In this document: in pieces, positions 54,351-64,000 of the stretch
Layout of the letters: each line of letters opens with the position of its first letter
How positions within the stretch are numbered: position 1 is the stretch's first letter
Assembly (NCBI GenBank): GCA_964016885.1
Contig: OZ024743.1
Span: 361,522,001 to 361,586,000, forward strand
Direction: 5' to 3'
DNA length: 64,000 nucleotides
From: Eledone cirrhosa
Lineage: Eukaryota
Notes under the pieces: model-generated
Told to the model about the DNA's origin: nothing
Databases searched by the model: none
Seen by the model: the letters and a program-made list of their open reading frames with translations, nothing else
Program-made: the position numbers and the translations under genes

Positions 54351-55134
54351 TAAACATTGAATTGTGGCTTTGTTTCCACATCGTGCCTCCACCACCCGTA
54401 GAGCAGACCATCCAAACCAGCGATTTACCTATCGTGTAGTCAGTTATTACTACCGGTATTTCAACGGCTGTTATCAATCTTTCACAACGCTGCGCCCGAG
54501 AGGCCGAGAGCCGCGGCCGTCCATCATCTTCATAATCAATAGCCTTACCATGAATAAGTCCGGCAGTGACACTACTACAACACCAATACCATTACCATCA
54601 CCATCACTATCACTATCCTCTCCACCAACACCACCATTGCCACCACCACAACGACCATCATCTTCATCATCATCATCATTATCATCACTATCACCTTCAT
54701 TTATAAATGTGAAAAATATTTTCTATCATGTAAACATTATACACTTATCTGTAATCTGCATCGAAATCTTGAAAGTATAGTTCATTTTCCTTTCTCTTAT
54801 TAGTAATAATTTAAAAGCAATGCTAGAAGCTAATGAATTTTAATTAGGTTAGTTACAAAAGGCAGATTTTAGTTACACATGTTTCGGGCTAAATGAGAAA
54901 ATGCCATCTGTTTCATAATACTGTTTCGATTTTTTGCTTCAAGATAAGTATCAATAGCGTTTGATTCAAAAACAACAAACATAGAATTAATTGGAGAAAT
55001 TATTAATAATGTCACCGTAACATAATTTACTATTTATAATGATGTCCGCATTTGCAGCTCTTTAATACGCACCAGAAAGAAAAGAGCCAACTAACTAATG
55101 ATCTGGGGGAAATTAAAAGCTTGATAAAACTGAT

Positions 55135-55263
55135 AAGAATCGTTAGAGCATCGGATTAGATTGCTCGTGGTATTTCTCCTGGCTATCCATGCTTTCAGTT
55201 CAGATATCAGCGCGGAGAATTGTGCTTTTCATCCTTTTGAGATCGATGAACAAAATACCAGTC
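55135..55263 (+). mobile_element. Old degenerate SINE
   Basis: GCTTTTCATCCTTTTGAGATCGATGAACAAAATACCAG resembles the SINE core. Confidence 0.55.
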
Positions 55264-55865
55264 TATGGCAATGTATTGGCTGAACTGCTAGAGCGCCACA
55301 CGTAATATGTGTTTTAGCTCTGCGCTTCCCTCTTGCCGTGACGTTACTTGTACCAAGCTATATTGAGGTTTGTCTTTCCCTTCCATGCTCTCAGACGAAG
55401 CCCAGCGTCCAAAACTTTTGTTACTGCATTCATAGTAGAAACAAATACATGGAATACACCTGTCCAGCTTATCTCGGGACAAATATGAGATCATCACCAG
55501 TTTTCTAGGAATTTACCCTAATCAAACATACATCGGACAAGTTATTCACAGCGATTGGCAACCATCGGACATCCAAAAAATTAAATTCAGTCACTGATAG
55601 TTTATAACGATATCTTTTAATGATACTATGTAAGGAATGAATATTTTCTGAGCTGAGAGCATTGCATTTAACTCCTACTACAAATAAGACTCTGCCTTAA
55701 CTAGACCAGCATCTTTAAAACAACTGATTAGATTAAAGATTATAACCGCATTTATTTCTTAGCTATAAACCTACCTTAATAGTGTGTATTGTATGCACCG
55801 AAATTCAATGATACCTCTATTTTGATAATTGCCATGTTTAACAGCAAAATAGGACGACAAAGAAA

Positions 55866-56058
55866 GTAATTGTTTCTACTTTAGGCACAAAGCCAGCAAT
55901 TACCCAGTGCATTACTGGTACTTTATTTTATCGACCCTGTAAGGATGAAAGGCAAAGTTAACCTCGGCGGGATTTGAACTCAGAATGGAAAGGGCCGTAA
56001 CTCTATGCTGCAAAGCATGGCGTCAGACCCTCTAACGATTCTTCCAAGTCACCACCCT
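55866..56058 (-). mobile_element. tRNA-derived SINE (Meta-like family)
   Basis: Full-length match to the other copies. Confidence 0.85.
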
Positions 56059-56413
56059 CACAACAAAGAAAATAATGATACTTTGAATAAATCTAGAAAT
56101 ATATTTCGAAGAAAGAATCGAACGATCCAACAATGAATCAATTGATACATACATTAACACAATCATATTACTGGTATTCATTTTTAGGACTTTGGCGATG
56201 AAGAAGAAACTTGATTCAAAGGAGATACGAATTCTAAACCTAGTAAAATATTTTAAAACTTTAGATCAGTACTCATGAATATTATATATTTATTGGCGTG
56301 TCTACATATAGACAGTGGGATGAAAGTCACTTATATTACAGGTACACATAGAAACTTTATTTGAGAAGGCGTAGTGACAGAAAGAACATGCAGGATATGC
56401 TTTTCATTATTAA

Positions 56414-56523
56414 TGCCGCCGAGGTTGAATTAGCCTTTCATCCTTACGGGGTCGATAAAATAAAGTACCAGTAATGCACTGGGTATTTGCTGGCCTTGTG
56501 CCAAAAGTAGAAACAATTATTAT
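56414..56523 (+). mobile_element. SINE 3' half
   Basis: Core and tail. Confidence 0.8.
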
Positions 56524-57424
56524 CAGAAACGGTGGCGACAGCCTGCTGAATGAATCAAGAAATGGGTTTCCAAGAGGGCAAAGGAAACTGCTGTTCATGC
56601 AAAACCGACTGTTACAGTTCAAGAACAATGCTTGGATTTGAATGTGAGCAATATCATAATCCATCGTAAATTGAAAAGGCTTGATAAAGTTTCAAATGCT
56701 GGAGAATGGGTTCCACGTAATCTTTCAGAAGACAATCGCAAACAATGTGGCCACTACTGTGCATCATTGCGTTCTCCTGAGATAAAAATATGTTTTTTGA
56801 AAAGTCATTTCTGGATACGTTATTATAATGTTATGTCATTTCTGGATACTTTATTATAATGTTAAGCGAAGACGTCAGAGGGTTAGTCGTGGTGAAAAGC
56901 CAGCTCAACAGCTCAGAAATGGCCTGCATCCACCCAAGATTATTTTGGATGTGTGGTGGAATGGCAGTATAGTTCATCACGGGCTGCTAGGCCTTAATCA
57001 AACAATAACAACTGAAATCTACTGCCAACGGCTAAGACGTTTGAAAGCAGCAGTCCTGCAAAACTGCCCATCACATTGCACAAAAGACCAAAGATCTCAT
57101 AGAAAAATATGCATGGGAAATTATGCTCCACCCACTATATTCCTCGAATCTCGCTCTAACAGATTGGTATCTATTTAGAAGTATGAAAAATCATATGAGT
57201 GGATTAAGATTTACGTGAAGACAAGACATCGAAAATGAGTTAGTTTCATTTTCTTGTTCGAAACCTAAAACATTTTATGAATGTGGCATTAAAAAGCTTA
57301 TTAACAGATGGAGAGAGGCCAAAGGGAAGAATTGTTACTACATTAATAGCTAAATAAATCTATTGTTTTCGTTTTATGGTTTATTGGGCCTTAAAAACAG
57401 ACAGACCTTCATTACAACCTGATA
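56524..57424 (+). mobile_element. Mariner transposase remnant
   Basis: GEWVPRNLS (WVPHEL motif), LHPPKIILDVWWN, TITTEIYCQRL and HPLYSSNLALTD (YSPDLAPSD motif). TIR-like end TTCATTACAACCTGATA. Confidence 0.85.
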
Positions 57425-57440
57425 TATTATTATTATTATT

Positions 57441-57640
57441 AAGGGCAGTGGATTGGCAGTATCGGTAGAGGGTCGGACGTCATGCTTTGACACATAGAGT
57501 TACGGCCCTTTCCATTCTGAGTTCAAATCCCGCCAAGGTCAGCTTTGCCTTTCATCCTTACAGAGTCGATAAAATAAAGTACCAGTAATGTACTGGGTAA
57601 TTGCTGGCCTTGTGCCAAAAGTAGAAACAAGTATTATTAT
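57441..57640 (+). mobile_element. tRNA-derived SINE (Meta-like family)
   Basis: Full length, with A-box, B-box, core and tail. Confidence 0.87.
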
Positions 57641-57762
57641 GGTGCCTGATTGTGGCTTATTTCAGTTAAATGCCCGTACTAAGTCATATCTTTCCAATTA
57701 TGAATTTGTTGACCCACACAGACACAAACCCTCCACACACAAAACCACAAACACATACATTC

Positions 57763-57805
<43 letters not shown>

Positions 57806-58560
57806 CCATCGTCTCAGTTTTGTATGACCTTTTTAACTTATATTTATAGCTCTGGTATCTTCATATCCATAGAGCGCTTGTCAACACACTACGGAAGTTG
57901 CGTTTCGCTAATTTCTACCCGCCGAAATGCGATTGTCGCTAAATTTTAGTTTGTATTAGTCTCTCAAGTCTAGCGATTAAGCAGTTAATTTTTTTAGTTA
58001 ATTCTATTGACTGATTAATCGCTTAAGTTTATTTTAAAAACCGCTCGGTCGAGAGCTTAATTCGTTTTGTGCTATTTTTGCAAATTTTTGCAATAACTAC
58101 GCATGCTGAATTCACTGGCCAAAATAGGGGTTTTCTCCCCTTAGAACCTCATATGTGCTTTCATACCCTGTGAGATTCTGGCGCACGAAGAACAAATTGC
58201 CTGTTGAGAAAGTGATTCCTTGTTCGATCATTATACAAAAAGCTTATTATCTTTTATAAGCAGACGGTATTATTGATTTAGGTGTCGCAGAAACCCTATA
58301 TCGGAGTGTACCATCTTCCCCGAGGGTCCGGGTAACTATTTAAATCATATCTTGTTTTGTTTGACCCGTTTAGCTTGTTCGCTTTTTTGGCTTAGGTGGT
58401 TAATGGCCTCTTATCCATCGTCTCAGTTTTGTATGACCTTTTTAACTTATGTTTATAGCTCTGGTATCTTCATATCCATAGAGCGCTTGTCAACACAATT
58501 CGAAGTTGCGTTTCGCTAATTTCTACCTGCCGAAATGCGATTCTCGCCAAATTTATATTT
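57806..58560 (+). mobile_element. Non-coding element with about 140 bp direct terminal repeats (same family as 2231-2912)
   Basis: 57806-57946 is repeated at 58415-58555 (609 bp period), with (TA)n on both sides. Confidence 0.75.
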
Positions 58561-58563
58561 ATA

Positions 58564-58674
<111 letters not shown>

Positions 58675-58929
58675 TGGCTGCAAACTCACAGTAAGAGTAT
58701 TGCAATCGGTTGTCAAATTTATGTGTAAAGCCTCGGATATGGCTTTTCAAGCTTACAGGAGATTTGTACTACTTCGTACATTGACGACAACTATGGTCCT
58801 CCATGCCCTTGTGTCTTGCATCAGGTCGCCTGTGAACCTTCACGTGCTGCTTCAGTCCTGCCACAGATCGACATTATTTGCCACTTTCATTACATTTTGC
58901 AATACCGTGAAGATCACTAGTTCTCTCTG

Positions 58930-59470
58930 AACATGGCTGCCACTGTGGCTCTTGAGCCAAATTTCCACAGCTTTCCACACACAGGGCAGACTAGTTCAAT
59001 GGAGACACCGATCGTTTGAAGAGACACACCAGAGCATTGCTTAAATAAACCCCGTTTGTTCTTCTCGTGCTCTATGCGTCTGTCCTCAAAATTATGGACC
59101 CATCATTCATCATCCCACACCAAGTTGCTCTTTCAAGAGCTATTATCTCCTAGTCAGCACCATCAAAGCATTTTTTTTTCAATGAGCCCTTTACACAATC
59201 TTTGAATCGAAGCTTTAGATTGTGACAATGTCTCTTAACTTTACGAAGCTCGCTGTACAAAGGCTGTTTCGGGATTCAACCATCATCCATTCGGTCTACT
59301 GCAAACGACGTTGGGGGGGGGGGGGTGATACTTTCAATGCTCCGACAGTCACTTCTCTCAGAAGCACTGCTGTTGAAATTGTTCCAGTGTTTTGATATGC
59401 CGTTTGTAATCAACCCATGTCTCACACGCATACAGCAATGCTGACAGTATACATGCGGCATACACTTTTA
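58930..59470 (-). pseudogene. Degenerate RTE (BovB-like) LINE C-terminus
   Basis: LYACETW, LYSELRK....KLRFKDCVK, and a terminal Cys motif. Confidence 0.6.
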
Positions 59471-59857
59471 TCTTGGTATCCATTGTGATTCCTTGACTGC
59501 ACCATATATATATTGGTTTTGTTCAATATGTTTCGAAATTTTGATTTAATTACAGTTTCTATGGTAGATGGTATCAGTAAACTCAATCAATGTGATAATT
59601 GTGAAAACAAAAAGCCCAATAATTAATAAAATATATATAACCTATGCTTGGAAATTGTCTCTCTCAAACGATTTTAGTGAGTCTATTTCTCTTTTTATTT
59701 TAATTAAATGTCTATCATTATATCCTCAGAAAAGGGTGAGTGAGAGGCAGCTGTGTTCTTATTTACCTAAAATTATTAGTGCTACAAAAGAGGGCGGTGG
59801 ATTGGCGGTGGATTGGCCTTGTGCCTAACATAGAAACAATAATTAATGCTGCAAAAT

Positions 59858-60051
59858 ATTCGGTGAGTTAGCAGTATCGGTAGAGGGTCGGACGCCATGC
59901 TTTGACGCATAGAGTTACGGCCCTTGCAATTCTGAGTTCAAATCCCGCCGAGGTTAACTTTGCCTTTCACCCTTACGGGGTCGATAAAATAAAGTACCAG
60001 TAATGTACTGGGTAATTGCTGGCCTTGTGCCAATAGTAGAAACAATTATTA
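59858..60051 (+). mobile_element. tRNA-derived SINE (Meta-like family)
   Basis: Full length. An internally deleted copy precedes it at about 59790-59845. Confidence 0.85.
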
Positions 60052-61159
60052 GTGCTGCAAAATATTCGTTTCGTTTGGCTAAGTACAATTTCAATTGGCG
60101 TATAAAATTTCAAATTGTGGTATGCAAGTTTTTTCCAATGTATTTAAAGCGCTAATGTAAAATGAATTTCCTTCAATGGAGATTAGAAAGCGGTCTGTGG
60201 TATTGACTAATATGAACCTAGTCTTGTAGGTGATGGTGCAGAACGATAACATACATTAGGAGATCGACTTTAAAATTCATAGTTTAAAGAAACAAATATC
60301 ATCAGCACACAAGGAAATTTGCCAAGAAAAGAAAAAAGAAATGAAGCGGTGATTCATTTGTGAAATGGGGACACTTCATCATACAATCCTGTTTATGTCT
60401 ATTATGAACACTTTTAATGATACTGCATCTGTTACTTTGAGCAAAACGTAAACATCTTTCATTTTCTAATGGAAATTTAGTAATTTGACATGTATGAATT
60501 GATATGAAAGGCGAGTATTGTAGAATATTAATCAAACGGTTGATCGCCGGAAAAAAATCAATACAAATATTAAATTGATTCTGTTGGATAATTTGTTTAT
60601 GAAACAATGGTGTAATTAATTAATTTGGCACCAATATATTTCTGGTACACGTTTTTTCAATTTTCGAATGTATGAAAATCAGATCAGTTCTATCGTGTTT
60701 GGTTTACTCACGTGCCACATTAGAGTCATTAAGTAAGGAAGGATTTCATCGCTTAATCAATCGATTAATAGAGATATTTTATTGATTCACTGAACAATAT
60801 ATATCTATGCACAATGGAAAATGTGATGTGATGAGTCAAGAATTAATTTATGGACATTAACTTTAACTGATTACGAATATTATCTGGGGCTTATTGATTT
60901 ATAACCTCGTGGTTCGAATGATTGATATCTGGATAGCTTCATTGAATATTATCTGAAAACCATGATTGATACATACCTGCAAATGTTCAATCGTACAGGA
61001 AATACATTAAAATCAATTAAGGAATTTAAGCTTCGATCATCAACTCTACATATTTCTTCTATTATTATTGCGGTGAGGTGGCGGCTCTTATGCTTATCTT
61101 GTTTTACAATACATATTTAATATGTTGTCCTATTTCAAGGGTTTATATGTAGGTAATAT

Positions 61160-61191
<32 letters not shown>

Positions 61192-61202
61192 CATATACAT
61201 AC

Positions 61203-61654
<452 letters not shown>

Positions 61655-61670
61655 TAATTAAATATACATG

Positions 61671-61701
<31 letters not shown>

Positions 61702-62615
61702 ATATATAATATGTGTGTGTGTGTGTATGTATATATTTGTGTGTGTGTGTCTGTGTCTGTGTTTGTATGTGTGTGTCTGTGCGTGTGTTTGTGGTGATTG
61801 AGGTGTATGTGTGTGGATTGTACATAATCCCAGATACTAGCCATCCAGTTGAATTAATGTTCAGTACACTTCTATAATAAGATCTCTTGAGAGTCTTGCT
61901 TATATGTGAATCAGTGATACATTTAGATGGAACAAGTGAAATACTATATTTAAAAGCAAATATGTAGAAAATGTTATAATATACTCTTAATTTAAATATA
62001 ATTTCCAAACATCTTGAATTGATAGCAAATTCTTCTATCTTGCCATGTAATTCATTTTGTCGTTATAAACTAATGAGTATATATAACCTGACAGAAATAC
62101 GAATCAATGAAGATCGCCGTTCTTGAATCCTTGTATATTTTAAGGATTATCTGTCGTCCAAGCCAATGTTGAGAAGCATATTTCGTTTACAACTGAAATT
62201 GCAGAGATAGACAAGAATAGTGGAATTAATCTACCAATTTCAAACATAGCATATAAGAAATTCAGTTCATAAAGTAATTCTAAAATGGTATTGCTAAACC
62301 TACAATTTTTAGATGTTAATGACTTCCTTTACCTAGGGGGGTGTAACCTAAAATAGTTGAGTGTTACGCTGCAAACCATTTGTATAATGCATAAATGAGT
62401 AAATACTTGAAACTTCTTCATGTCAAATTATTCAATATACATATTTCTCAGCGTCATCAAATCCTTCCTTCAATGATAGTCCTGAACTTTTTTGAAATTC
62501 ACCACTTTATAGTTCATTCGGTTTTTTCTTTTTCTCTTTATAAGACACATTTTAGAATCATCTTGTTGGTCCACGCCCCTTACTTTTGTTTTTGACAATA
62601 TTTTGAAAATGTTCA

Positions 62616-62682
<67 letters not shown>

Positions 62683-62806
62683 TTGAGTTTTTCGATTCAT
62701 TTGCAACTATGCAACCAGCGTCTTTAAGCCATGTCAGTAGAATGATCCCGTCAATCTTGCTCTTGTGTTGGCATATAAACAAAACGGCAGACACTAATGT
62801 ACATGT

Positions 62807-62862
<56 letters not shown>

Positions 62863-63099
62863 CAAATAGTTTTATCGATGTACATGGCTGAATGTATTGG
62901 AATTTCGTATTTCTAAAGAAATACAGTATGTTTATAAATAAACATTTAGAAAGCTGTAGCTATGAAAACACCGGCGGTGTCCAGCCGAAGCCAGGGGGAT
63001 AATCATCGATGCATTTCAAACTGAACTGCTTTCTCTTCAGGACGATTCCTCTCGCTCTTGCAACTTGAAAACAGGCGAGAATATATGGTTTTCTCATAT

Positions 63100-63285
63100 A
63101 GGGTAAAGGGTAAAGACGCCCTTCAGTCACGAGTGACCATCAGATTTGAGCCTAGATAGTTACCCGTCTGAGCACAAGTCCTGGTAAGGTTTTTTTCATG
63201 GAAGACTCGCAGTTGCCCATGCATACCAGGCTCTCCTTCCCACGCAACCAAAGTTTGTTCAAGGGAAAGGCAATGGCCAATACTA
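63100..63285 (-). mobile_element. SINE/LINE 3' tail with (TTTACCC)n end
   Basis: The minus strand ends ..GTGACTGAAGGGCGTCTTTACCCTTTACCCT, an RTE-type tail. Confidence 0.5.
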
Positions 63286-63433
63286 CTCGGCAGAAGTAAC
63301 TTCGCAACTCACTTTTACAGTTGAGTAAACAGGAATATCTAACAAAAATATTTACGTTCAATCTTGAATTATAATAGCGGCGTGGACTCGGAAGGCCTGA
63401 CTCCACCCGAATAATTAAGAAACGAAACAAAAC

Positions 63434-63487
<54 letters not shown>

Positions 63488-63491
<4 letters not shown>

Positions 63492-63936
63492 GTATAGGAT
63501 TACCCAAGATGTAGTAATGGTTAATTACTACACTGGATATGGTTGACGTACGGTGAGAGGTTACTCTACGAGTTATGGAAGAATTGTTGAAGAAACTTAG
63601 TTCCTGATCCTTCTGTATTCCGGAGTGTATATAAAGAATTAATAATAACAGGTAGACATCATAAAAAGGTAATTTATTCCGTATGCTTACAAATGTTTCC
63701 ACGGTGGTACTACAGCCTAGTTATGTGCAAATCTACAACTATTTGCAGAACTCTAATATCCAATGCTGTGACCACTGTATCCTGAGGATACAGTGGTCAC
63801 AGCATTGGATATTAGAGTTCTGCAAATAGTTGTAGATTTGCACATAGCATAACTAGGCTGTAGTATCACCGTGGAAACATTTGTAAGCATACGGAATAAA
63901 TTACCTTTTTATGATGTCTACTTGTTATTATTCATT

Positions 63937-63945
<9 letters not shown>
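63488..63945. mobile_element. Tailed mini-palindrome of the 15598-16852 PLE family
   Basis: Tail 63488-63627, arms 63628-63783 and 63785-63945, centre CCT-G-AGG inside the HHR CTGAGGA box. (TA)n flanks. Confidence 0.85.
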
Positions 63946-63982
<37 letters not shown>

Positions 63983-64000
63983 TTTGCTTAAACTTTAATC

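Noticed and set aside
63100-63116. Telomeric repeat (AGGGTAAAGGGTAAAG)
   Set aside because: Only two imperfect units, forming the tail of a SINE/LINE.

Overview
AT-rich, microsatellite-dense eukaryotic DNA. It is most likely from an octopod cephalopod, inferred from the tRNA/Meta-type SINEs and the repeat landscape. No host gene was recognised. The window is a nest of retroelements. Penelope-like elements (PLEs; RT plus GIY-YIG) from several families dominate, with about a dozen type I hammerhead ribozyme (HHR) motifs. It also holds Tx1/L1, R4/Dong and RTE LINE remnants, a mariner remnant, a Helitron-like element and more than 10 SINEs. The main observation is one architecture repeated at scales from about 190 bp to 12 kb in unrelated PLE families: (TA)n - unpaired 40-140 bp tail - arm - spacer - inverted arm - (TA)n. 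One arm always stops at a fixed internal TA-rich point and fuses with the (TA)n tract. In all four cases where it can be read, the tail-bearing copy is the more 5'-truncated one. Non-coding elements with direct terminal repeats (retrozyme-like) and solo tails also sit in (TA)n tracts. Most short ORFs in the supplied track are simple-repeat artefacts. All coordinates were read by eye and may be off by a few bases.
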